Below, one piece after another: positions 1-7,307 of a stretch of 60,935 bases of DNA. Source of the stretch: a candidate division WOR-1 bacterium RIFCSPLOWO2_02_FULL_46_20. GTDB taxonomy: Bacteria; Margulisbacteria; WOR-1; O2-12-FULL-45-9. The notes under the pieces are model-generated. The model did not search any database. It saw only the letters and a list, made by a program, of their open reading frames with translations, and had not been told where the DNA came from. The stretch is from positions 1 through 60,935 of the forward strand of contig METP01000040.1 of NCBI GenBank assembly GCA_001771365.1, read 5' to 3'. Each line of letters opens with the position of its first letter. The first letter of the stretch is position 1. The translations under genes were made by a program, and so were the position numbers.

Positions 1-1009
1 GGCCATGCTGATCCCTCCTGAAGGTTTAAAAGTAAAAGGCTACCGCATCTGGACCGTAGGCGACGATATCGCCTGGATGCAAATTGATAGCGACGGCAAG
101 CTTTGGGCTATTAATCCGGAAAACGGCTTATTTGGCGTAGCCCCCGGCACCAATACCCAAACCAACCCAACTATTATGGCTGCGATTAAAAAAGATACTA
201 TATATACCAACGTCCTGCTCAAACCCGATATGACTGTCTGGTGGGAAGGCGGAGATCCGCCGGTGCCCAAAGAGGGGATCAACTGGCAGGGCAAGCCCTG
301 GAAGCCGGGTACAGTTGACGAACACGGCGCGCCTAAAGTCGGCGCCCATCCAAACGCCAGATTTACCGTGCCAATCAAAAATGTTCCCAGTATTACCAAC
401 CGCCTGGAACACCATCATGGCGTTCCTATCTCAGCAATTATTTTTGGCGGCCGCCGCGAACATCTGGCCCCTTTAGTCTACGAATCATTTAACTGGCAGC
501 ACGGGGTTTTTGTCGGTGCCACCATGGCATCAGAAAGAACAGCCGCCCAATTTGGCAAGATTGGCGAAGTCAGGCGTGACCCCATGGCCATGCTCCCTTT
601 TTGCGGCTACAACATGGGTGATTATTTCGGGCATTGGCTAAAGCTCGGCAAAAAGATGTCCCCTCCCCCAAAGATTTTCCATGTCAACTGGTTTAGAAAA
701 GATGCCAACGGCAAGTTCCTGTGGCCCGGATTCGGAGATAATTTAAGGGTTCTAGAATGGATCATTGAGCGCTGCCGCGGCACGGTTAGGGCCAGGGAAA
801 CAGCCATTGGCTACCTGCCTAACGAAAAAGATATTGACTTAACCGGATTAAAATTGCCGGACCAAAACATGAAAAAACTTTTTGCCATTGATAAAAATGA
901 CTGGGCGGACGAGCTTAAGGGTATTGCCGAATTCTTCGCTGGATTCGGCGGCGATCTGCCAAAAGAAATGCAAGCCGAGTATAGGGCTCTGAAAAAACGG
1001 CTGGGTTAA
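1..1009 (+). CDS. pckG: Phosphoenolpyruvate carboxykinase (GTP), C-terminal part; 5' end lies upstream of the window
   Basis: The ORF is open to the window edge. The translation carries GTP-PEPCK hallmarks: NPENGLFGVAPGTN, IFGGRR and HVNWFRKD..GKFLWPGFGDNLRVLEW. Confidence 0.9.
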   Translation, partial: AMLIPPEGLKVKGYRIWTVGDDIAWMQIDSDGKLWAINPENGLFGVAPGTNTQTNPTIMAAIKKDTIYTNVLLKPDMTVWWEGGDPPVPKEGINWQGKPWKPGTVDEHGAPKVGAHPNARFTVPIKNVPSITNRLEHHHGVPISAIIFGGRREHLAPLVYESFNWQHGVFVGATMASERTAAQFGKIGEVRRDPMAMLPFCGYNMGDYFGHWLKLGKKMSPPPKIFHVNWFRKDANGKFLWPGFGDNLRVLEWIIERCRGTVRARETAIGYLPNEKDIDLTGLKLPDQNMKKLFAIDKNDWADELKGIAEFFAGFGGDLPKEMQAEYRALKKRLG

Positions 1010-1011
1010 CT

Positions 1012-1722
1012 ATGCCCGAAATCCGGCTCCAAAAATACTGCTCGGAAAATGGGTTGGCCTCTCGACGCAAGGCTGAAGAATATATTAAAAAAGGCTGGAT
1101 CAAAGTCAACGGCCGGGTTGTTACCGAGCTGGGCACAAAAATTGATCCGGAAAACGACAGGGTTGAACTCTGCCTAAAAGCCAAACAAGAACAACAAAGA
1201 TTTAACTACGTCTTGCTTAATAAACCAACCGGTTATGTGACAAATCTCCCTCAAAGCGGTGAAAAAGAGGCCAAAGAACTTTTACCCGCTAATTTTAGGG
1301 ACCTAAATCCCGTCGGCCGACTGGACAAAGACTCAGAAGGGCTCCTCTTGTTTACCAATGACGGCGTTGTCGCCCATCGCCTGTCCTCCCCCGCGTTTGA
1401 ACACGACAAAGAATACGAAGTAACGGTTGATAAGCCTATTGCCAGTGGCGTACTGGCTAAATATCGGCGGGGATTGGTAATTCTCGGAGAAAAAACAAAA
1501 CCAGTTGAAGTTATAAAACTAAGAGGAACAACTTACACCTTTATTTTGCGAGAGGGGAAAAACCGGCAAATCAGGCGGATGGCAAACAAATTTCACTATC
1601 GGGTGCTAAAATTAAAAAGAACCAGGCTCTGGCGCTTAAATCTTGGCAATTTAAAAACCGGTCAGCACAGGTCATTGTCAAATAAAGAAAGGGAAGAATT
1701 ACTGGCTACATTAAAAACTTAG
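1012..1722 (+). CDS. Pseudouridine synthase, RsuA/RluB/RluF family
   Basis: N-terminal S4-like segment (RLQKYCSENGLASRRKAEEYIKKGWIKVNG) followed by the catalytic-Asp motif GRLDKDSEGLLLFTNDG. The ATG lies 2 nt after the pck stop. Confidence 0.85.
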   Translation: MPEIRLQKYCSENGLASRRKAEEYIKKGWIKVNGRVVTELGTKIDPENDRVELCLKAKQEQQRFNYVLLNKPTGYVTNLPQSGEKEAKELLPANFRDLNPVGRLDKDSEGLLLFTNDGVVAHRLSSPAFEHDKEYEVTVDKPIASGVLAKYRRGLVILGEKTKPVEVIKLRGTTYTFILREGKNRQIRRMANKFHYRVLKLKRTRLWRLNLGNLKTGQHRSLSNKEREELLATLKT

Positions 1723-1743
1723 AAAAACTTATCGACGGAAATA

Positions 1744-1872
1744 TAGCGGGGGTGGGATTTTGTCCTGGTTGGAAGTTATCCGTCCCACACTTATTACGAT
1801 TAAATTGTATCAAGAACCGTGTAAACCAGCAAGCAAAAATGTAGTTGTTAATATTAACTCCTCATTCATCAA
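1744..1872. repeat. Repeat copy A: exact 17-nt copy of the tRNA-fMet 3' end (TAGCGGGGGTGGGATTT) plus ~110 nt homologous to copy B
   Basis: 1744-1760 is identical to 5859-5875. The following ~110 nt align by eye with 3803-3912 at roughly three-quarters identity. Confidence 0.7.
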
Positions 1873-1896
1873 GGCTTAGACAGGAAAGGAAGCAAT

Positions 1897-2343
1897 TCAC
1901 CAACACCTAAAATCATTGTGCCAATAGCCGGGATCAAAAGCATAGACCAGAGAGCTGTTGTTTGCGCCCTCAATTTTTTCGATTCCAACAGTTTGCGGCC
2001 CATGTGTACCCAGCCCTCTAAACAAGGATAAAAGCACATTGTCTATTTCCGGCACTTGAACGCTATATTGCTTATAAAATGTTTTTAACCGCGGATAAGA
2101 CAACGAGGTAATAATCCTAAATTCCACATAATAATCACCATGCTTACTGCAGGGTCCAAGATTGCCGAATTTCTTGATAAGCGGACCAACTCTTTTCGTT
2201 TGGGGAGGAAGCGGCATTCTATTCATCTGACCAGCAAAAGAATTTAAGCGATAATTATTAAGCAGATAAGGAAAAGGGAAACCCGCTACCCATAATAAAC
2301 CAGTAATTACTATAATAACTGTAAACAGAAAAAGTCTTTTCAT
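1897..2343 (-). CDS. Hypothetical protein with N-terminal membrane anchor
   Basis: 148-aa ORF with a hydrophobic N-terminus (LFLFTVIIVITGLLWVAGF). No recognisable motif. It lies inside the repeat-bounded cassette. Confidence 0.45.
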   Translation of the reverse strand: MKRLFLFTVIIVITGLLWVAGFPFPYLLNNYRLNSFAGQMNRMPLPPQTKRVGPLIKKFGNLGPCSKHGDYYVEFRIITSLSYPRLKTFYKQYSVQVPEIDNVLLSLFRGLGTHGPQTVGIEKIEGANNSSLVYAFDPGYWHNDFRCW

Positions 2344-2551
2344 AACAGGATTGACTTTGCCATTTGGTAAAACTCGGTTGTCTGTGTTGGTTTGCTTATT
2401 ACTCTAATTATTATTTCCATATCGCAATGATAACAGAATTGAAGTTAGTGTCAAGCGGAATGGGTGAAATTTCTCGTCATTAATCACGATAAACGGCCAA
2501 AGGACGAGCCGTTATTGTTGACGTCCGAAATGCCGATATTGCTGTAGCGTA

Positions 2552-2580
2552 TTGCAATCTGAAGCGATAAACGATATAAT
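2552..2580 (+). promoter_or_regulatory. Putative sigma-70 promoter of the fic gene (TTGCAA-17 nt-TATAAT)
   Basis: TTGCAA at 2552-2557, 17-nt spacer, TATAAT at 2575-2580, about 55 nt upstream of the fic ATG. Confidence 0.5.
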
Positions 2581-2592
2581 CGTATCACATAA

Positions 2593-2621
2593 TGAAGCGA
2601 TTAATCTGGCTAATCGCTTCA
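2593..2621. promoter_or_regulatory. Perfect 11-bp inverted repeat TGAAGCGATTA-N7-TAATCGCTTCA in the fic leader (operator or leader hairpin)
   Basis: Read directly from the sequence. It ends immediately before the GAGGGG Shine-Dalgarno sequence. A third half-site copy, TGAAGCGATA, sits at 2560-2569 between the -35 and -10 boxes. Confidence 0.6.
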
Positions 2622-2634
2622 GAGGGGTGCCTGA

Positions 2635-3759
2635 ATGAAATATATTTGGGAGCGCAAGAAGTGGTTTGATTTTGAGTATGACGAAACAGCCCTGCTTAAG
2701 CCCTTGAGCCAGCTGCGGGTCCTGGAGGGGAAATTATTGGGACGCGTCGCTTCCCTGGACATCAAGCTGGAGACAGAGGCCCAGGCTGATATTTTAGTCG
2801 AAGAAACCGTTCGCACCGCGGAAATTGAAGGACAAAAACTTGATCGTGAAGCGGTCCGTTCGTCGGTGGCCCTTAAGCTCGGGTTACCGCGAGGGATCGG
2901 CGTCCACGACAGAAACATTGACGGACTGGTGGATGTGCTGCTGGACGCGGTTCGTTTCCATGAAAAGCCTTTGACCTTGGAGCGGCTTAATGGTTGGCAG
3001 GCGGCCTTATTCCCCTCAGGTTATTCAGGTTTAAGAAAGATCAAAACGGGAAAATTGAGGGGCAAAGAGCCAATGCAAGTGGTGTCCGGTTCCATCGGCA
3101 GAGAAAAGGTGCACTTTGAGGCGATCCCCGGGGAACGCCTCCATGAAGAAATGCGGCTTTTCCTGAAGTGGTGGGAGACCTCGCGTGGCAGCCTGGACGG
3201 TATGCTGCGCGCGGCCGCGGCCCATTTGCGTTTTGTCACGATCCATCCTTATGAAGACGGCAATGGGCGTTTAGCCAGGGCGCTAACAGATATGGCCCTG
3301 GCCCAGGATGAAAAATTAAAGGTCAGGTATTACAGCGTCTCGTCGCAGATCATGCGCGCCAGGAACGAATATTACCAGATCTTGGAGGATGTGCAGCGCG
3401 GTCGCGTCAGCGCGACCGAATGGTATTTATGGTTCATCAAATGCGTGTTCGCGTCCATCAACCATTCGGAGGACAGTATTGCCAATGTGTTCAGGCGGGT
3501 TGAATTTTGGAATCAGCACGCGGCAGCGCAATTAAACGCGCGCCAGAAAAAAATCATCAGCCGCGTCTTAGAGGCGGGCCCCGGGAATTTTACCGGCGGT
3601 TTATCAACGCGCAAATACGTGAGCATCGCTAAAACCAGCCGCGCCACGGCCTTCCGCGAGATCGCCGATCTCCTGGACAAAAAAATCCTGCGCCAATTGC
3701 CCGGCAAGGGCCGCAGCGTCCACTATGACCTGATCTGGCCGCGAAAAAACGAGGAATAA
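2635..3759 (+). CDS. Fic family protein (Fic domain with N-terminal inhibitory-helix motif and C-terminal wHTH-like tail)
   Basis: Fic active-site motif HPYEDGNGRLAR (HxFx[DE]GNGRxxR with F->Y). Upstream TAEIEG matches the [ST]xxxE[GN] autoinhibition motif. The gene is visibly more GC-rich than its neighbours. Confidence 0.9.
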   Translation: MKYIWERKKWFDFEYDETALLKPLSQLRVLEGKLLGRVASLDIKLETEAQADILVEETVRTAEIEGQKLDREAVRSSVALKLGLPRGIGVHDRNIDGLVDVLLDAVRFHEKPLTLERLNGWQAALFPSGYSGLRKIKTGKLRGKEPMQVVSGSIGREKVHFEAIPGERLHEEMRLFLKWWETSRGSLDGMLRAAAAHLRFVTIHPYEDGNGRLARALTDMALAQDEKLKVRYYSVSSQIMRARNEYYQILEDVQRGRVSATEWYLWFIKCVFASINHSEDSIANVFRRVEFWNQHAAAQLNARQKKIISRVLEAGPGNFTGGLSTRKYVSIAKTSRATAFREIADLLDKKILRQLPGKGRSVHYDLIWPRKNEE

Positions 3760-3785
3760 GCTTAATCAGCTAATTTTTAGTTAAG

Positions 3786-3912
3786 TAGCGGGGGGCCGTT
3801 TTTGCCTTGGTTGGAAACCATCCGGCCTACCACACTTATTGCGATAAAATTATATCAGGAACCGTATAAACCGGCAAGTAAAATGCAATTATAAGCTTTA
3901 GTCCTCATTTTG
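3786..3912. repeat. Repeat copy B: degenerate copy of the tRNA-fMet 3' end (TAGCGGGGG) plus ~110 nt homologous to copy A
   Basis: 3786-3794 matches the first 9 nt of the tRNA 3'-end core. The remainder aligns with 1761-1872. Confidence 0.65.
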
Positions 3913-4129
3913 CCTAATCGTATGCCATAATTGCAAAAAAGGAAGTGGCATTTTTATGTCAAATTATTTATCAATAAAAAATAAATTTAATTTACCCCCC
4001 AAGCTATCTCAGGCTGTTCTATTTTCTATTATCGAAGAAAAAAACGCAACAAGAAGAAAATATAAGGTATGTTGGGTGGTAAATTATGATAAGCAAGCAA
4101 TTCTATCTGCTCCATAGAGGCGATGCTGC

Positions 4130-5266
4130 TTATTCAAGAAGTCCGATCTTTATCATCGCGGTTTCGGGCTCTGTTTGAACAATTTCCAGCGTTATATTTT
4201 GCCCATACCTAAATTGTGTTGCAGCGATTTGTTTTATCTGCCCCAGCGGCTGGTTCAGATCAACTCTTAATTTCTCCAAGATCGGAGCTCTGCTCTTTAA
4301 GTCATTATACGCAAAGGCCGTATCAATGACAATTTTCTCCGGCTCATCAAACAATTCTTCCGTCCGAGAAAGGATCGCCAGCAGGTTCACCAGTTGCGGC
4401 AAATATTCTACCTTAACCGGGGTAAAATAAGATGAGCCAATTGCAATCTCCGGGGTGACAATATCTTTAAGCAGCGGCCAACACCAGAAATATGCTCGGT
4501 CGAGCAGACGGCGAAAACCTTGTGAGCGGTTTAAGCCGGTTTCGCCAATCAGTTTGTCAAGCCGTGTAAAATCGCCTTCCTCCAGCCAGACATAATTGCA
4601 CGGGCCAAAAAGTTGCTGCAGCCTGTCCTGATCAGACAATTTAACTCCCTCTTGAACAAAACGCTGATATCTTTGCAGCAATCTTGAAAAAAGAATGCTG
4701 TGGAATTTATCGCCGATCGGCTTGGCAGCGGAATCAAGGGAATTAACAACGATCAAAGTTGATTTTTGCGCCCCGGTGAAAAGCTCCATCAAGTCGGCAA
4801 AATAAAGAAAGTCGATATCCGTAAAAAAGCCGTGATACCGGATAATGAATTCGACCCTTTTCCTGCTGACCGGCGGCTGAAGTCCAAGCTCCAGCCATAG
4901 TGCGTCATTCGATTTCAGAAATTGATAGCCGGCTTCAGAATGATTGCCGCCGGTATCTACGGCATAGCCGATATCATGCAAACGCATGCCGGTTTCCAAG
5001 GAAAACCGATCGGCAGAGCAAAGCGCTTCCAGGTTTTCCCTAACCCAGCGGATATGACCCAGATATTTCTGATGATCTTCATATCGGCGGTTTTCCGGCA
5101 GAAGTGCGTGATAGAAAGCGCCTATTCTGCCCCCTTCAAGATGATGAAATAATTCAACCGTCCTTTTTACATGAGCAAGTCGGTTCGCAGCAATGCCCAA
5201 AGACCTCTGTACCTGCCAGATCAGCCGCCGTTCTCGATATGAAAGAGTAATTGCGTTGGGTTTCAT
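4130..5266 (-). CDS. HD-domain protein with uncharacterised C-terminal domain
   Basis: 378-aa ORF. His...His-Asp pattern (HVKRTVELFHHL ... MRLHDIGYAVD ... YHGFFTDID) is typical of HD phosphohydrolases. The C-terminal ~200 aa has no motif I recognise. Confidence 0.6.
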   Translation of the reverse strand: MKPNAITLSYRERRLIWQVQRSLGIAANRLAHVKRTVELFHHLEGGRIGAFYHALLPENRRYEDHQKYLGHIRWVRENLEALCSADRFSLETGMRLHDIGYAVDTGGNHSEAGYQFLKSNDALWLELGLQPPVSRKRVEFIIRYHGFFTDIDFLYFADLMELFTGAQKSTLIVVNSLDSAAKPIGDKFHSILFSRLLQRYQRFVQEGVKLSDQDRLQQLFGPCNYVWLEEGDFTRLDKLIGETGLNRSQGFRRLLDRAYFWCWPLLKDIVTPEIAIGSSYFTPVKVEYLPQLVNLLAILSRTEELFDEPEKIVIDTAFAYNDLKSRAPILEKLRVDLNQPLGQIKQIAATQFRYGQNITLEIVQTEPETAMIKIGLLE

Positions 5267-5392
5267 TGCAGTATTCCCATGTATTTATCGACCGATTTTG
5301 CTCAAAATTGCACACATTATAGAATATGAGCTGGGCTATATAAGTAGATCGTGGGCAGGGGCGAGGGGGGCAAGCAGGAGTAAAAAAGACGA

Positions 5393-5737
5393 TTACCTAA
5401 TCATCGCCGACAATTGCTTGGCTAGATTATTCAGGGCTCGGTAAAATATCTCGTATTTTTCGGCACTGATAAGTTTCTTTGCCACGAATATCTGAAGACA
5501 GGCAACACACTCATAAACCGATCCTCTGGCCATAACATAGAAATTCTTCTTGTCTGATTTGTGGAATCTGCCTGCGCCTTCGGCAATATTTAAGGCAATT
5601 GAAGTTGACGCGCGCTGAAGCTGATCAATTATCCTAACGTTTCCTTTTTGGGTAACTGACTCCAAAAAGCTATCAACCTCTTGGATAAATTTTATCGCGT
5701 CTTTATAAACGGGGAAATCTTCAAAATCGAAAGGCAT
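5393..5737 (-). CDS. Four-helix-bundle protein (23S rRNA intervening-sequence protein family)
   Basis: 114 aa. The family-typical layout is present: FPVYKDAIKF ... STSIALNIAEGAGR ... FYVMARGSVYECVACLQI. Confidence 0.8.
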   Translation of the reverse strand: MPFDFEDFPVYKDAIKFIQEVDSFLESVTQKGNVRIIDQLQRASTSIALNIAEGAGRFHKSDKKNFYVMARGSVYECVACLQIFVAKKLISAEKYEIFYRALNNLAKQLSAMIR

Positions 5738-5858
5738 AGTGGGTTAATTATAACATTTTACCTTGTCCTCGTACTTGACCTTGTCCTATAAAAATCCGAA
5801 CAGAGAACAAGGACTAGGACAAGGAGATAAAAATCCTCACTTCGTTCGGATTTTTATC

Positions 5859-5932
5859 TAGCGGGGGTGGGATTTGAACCCACGGCCTTCAGGTTATGAG
5901 CCTGACGAGCTTCCAGGCTGCTCCACCCCGCG
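5859..5932 (-). tRNA. tRNA-Met (anticodon CAT), initiator type
   Basis: The reverse complement folds as a cloverleaf: CGCGGGG/TG/GAGC-AGCCTGGAA-GCTC/G/TCAGG-CTCATAA-CCTGA/AGGCC/GTGGG-TTCAAAT-CCCAC/CCCCGCT/A. The C1xU72 mismatch and A11:U24 pair are initiator hallmarks. No CCA is encoded. Confidence 0.9.
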
Positions 5933-5939
5933 TCGCTTG

Positions 5940-5948
5940 TGCTATAAT
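5940..5948 (+). promoter_or_regulatory. Extended -10 box TGCTATAAT, 6 nt upstream of the rpoN ATG
   Basis: TATAAT at 5943-5948 is preceded by TGC. The ATG is at 5955 and there is no Shine-Dalgarno sequence between them. Confidence 0.45.
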
Positions 5949-5954
5949 TGTACC

Positions 5955-7307
5955 ATGATTGAACTCAACGTTCAACACGACCTCAAGATGAGCCTGGAAC
6001 TCGCGCTCTCCCCTCGCCTGCTTCAAATGCTCAAAGTCTTAAGCCTGCCTTACAACGAATTGGTCGACAAAATCATCCAGGAGACCGAAGAAAACCCGGT
6101 GCTTGAAGTTGAGCGGCAGGATGAATATGCTGAATTTATCAAATATCTGGCTTCGGACAAAAAGATCAAGAATCAAATTGATTTTACGGAAATGCCGGGG
6201 TTGGAGAATATCGGCAATGTCGAAAAAAGCCTGGAAGATCACCTGCTGGAACAGCTGGAACTCGAAGACCTGGAAGGACTTCATTACAAAATCGCTAAAA
6301 GTATCATTGAAAATATCGATAATTTTGGTTTCGTCATAAATTACACCAAACTTCGCGAAAAAATCATGAAGGAGTTCGCTGTTTCCCGCCCCACAGTAGA
6401 CAAAGTCTTAAAAATCATCCAGACTTTTGAGCCGGATGGAGTCGGCGCCAGAAATCTAAAAGAATGTCTATTGATTCAGATTAACGAATATCACTTTGAC
6501 AATAAGGCTCTGCAGCAAGTTTTGAGCCAGGCCGTAGAAAACCATTTGGAAGATTTGGCCCAGGATAATTACAAAAAAATAGCCGGAGCACTGGGTCTGA
6601 CAGAAAATGGTGTCGTCGAAATTAAAAATTTCTTAAAAAACAACCTCAATGCCAACCCGGCCTCTGCTTTTGGCGGAGAAAACAGGCATGTTATCCCCTC
6701 TTTTGCCGTTGAAAAAGCCGACTCGGGTTACAAATTAATTAATCTGGAAACCCGTTACGGCCCCACGATAAACATATCGGATTATTACCTTAAAATGCTT
6801 AACAATCCAAAGACTGACGAAAAAACCAGGGAATTTCTCAAGGCCAAGCTCAAGACCGCCAAAAACCTGATTGAAGATTTTGCCAAAAGAGGTGAAACTT
6901 TACAAAAGATAGTCCGAAGAATAGTCGACTCCCAGGAAGAGTTCCTAAGCCGGGGGATTATCTGGCTGCGACCTTTGGCACAAAAAGAGCTGGCCGACGA
7001 GTTTGGGTTGCATCCGTCGACAATATCGAGAACGGTAGCCGCGAAGTATATCCAAACTCCGCAAGGGCTTTTTCCGCTAAAGGCCTTATGTCCCAGGGGA
7101 CCCAAGGGTTTAACCGTCATCAGGATTAAAGCCCTGCTGGCCGGCATAGTAAAAAATGAGGCTAAAGCAAAGCCCTTAACCGACGCTCAAATTATGGTCA
7201 TAATGAAACAGCAAGGGGCAAAGATCGATCGCCGAACCGTGGCTTATTATCGTAAGGAATTAAAAATTCCATCATCTAGCGAGAGGCAGTGTCATGAAAA
7301 AGAGTAA
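5955..7307 (+). CDS. rpoN: RNA polymerase sigma-54 factor
   Basis: N-terminal region I (LSPRLLQMLKVLSLPYNELVDKIIQETEENPVLE), a C-terminal HTH and an RpoN-box-like DRRTVAYYRKEL. The start is moved to Met-28 of the tracked ORF because its first 27 codons overlap the tRNA gene. Confidence 0.9.
   Translation: MIELNVQHDLKMSLELALSPRLLQMLKVLSLPYNELVDKIIQETEENPVLEVERQDEYAEFIKYLASDKKIKNQIDFTEMPGLENIGNVEKSLEDHLLEQLELEDLEGLHYKIAKSIIENIDNFGFVINYTKLREKIMKEFAVSRPTVDKVLKIIQTFEPDGVGARNLKECLLIQINEYHFDNKALQQVLSQAVENHLEDLAQDNYKKIAGALGLTENGVVEIKNFLKNNLNANPASAFGGENRHVIPSFAVEKADSGYKLINLETRYGPTINISDYYLKMLNNPKTDEKTREFLKAKLKTAKNLIEDFAKRGETLQKIVRRIVDSQEEFLSRGIIWLRPLAQKELADEFGLHPSTISRTVAAKYIQTPQGLFPLKALCPRGPKGLTVIRIKALLAGIVKNEAKAKPLTDAQIMVIMKQQGAKIDRRTVAYYRKELKIPSSSERQCHEKE

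Noticed and set aside
1744-3912. Reading the two ~125-nt repeats as integron attC sites or as tRNA pseudogenes.
   Set aside because: There is no IntI-type integrase or attI. The cassettes hold more than one gene in mixed orientation. Only the 3'-terminal 9-17 nt resemble the tRNA, and no acceptor 5' strand or anticodon arm is present. The tRNA-targeted island att-repeat model fits better.
3956-4117. An unlisted 53-codon ORF (MSNYLSIKNKFNLPPKLSQAVLFSIIEEKN...) in the AT-rich gap between repeat copy B and the HD-domain gene, with a GGAAG motif ~10 nt upstream.
   Set aside because: It is short, AT-rich and lysine/asparagine-biased, has no motif, and could arise by chance in AT-rich DNA. Coding cannot be supported without conservation or expression data.
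5874-5954. The first 27 codons of the tracked ORF 5874..7307 (MNPRPSGYEPDELPGCSTP...).
   Set aside because: They are the antisense of the tRNA-fMet gene. The sigma-54 region I homology begins at Met-28 (5955), which also has a TGCTATAAT box 6 nt upstream.
6976-6981. Sigma-54 promoter candidates: TGGCAC inside rpoN (6976-6981), TGGCAC inside the second EBP gene (about 9632), and TGGCGG-N5-TTTTG on the minus strand at 25663-25679 upstream of the 1016-aa gene.
   Set aside because: The first two are intragenic and lack a TTGC element at the correct GG-N10-GC spacing. The third lacks the -12 GC.
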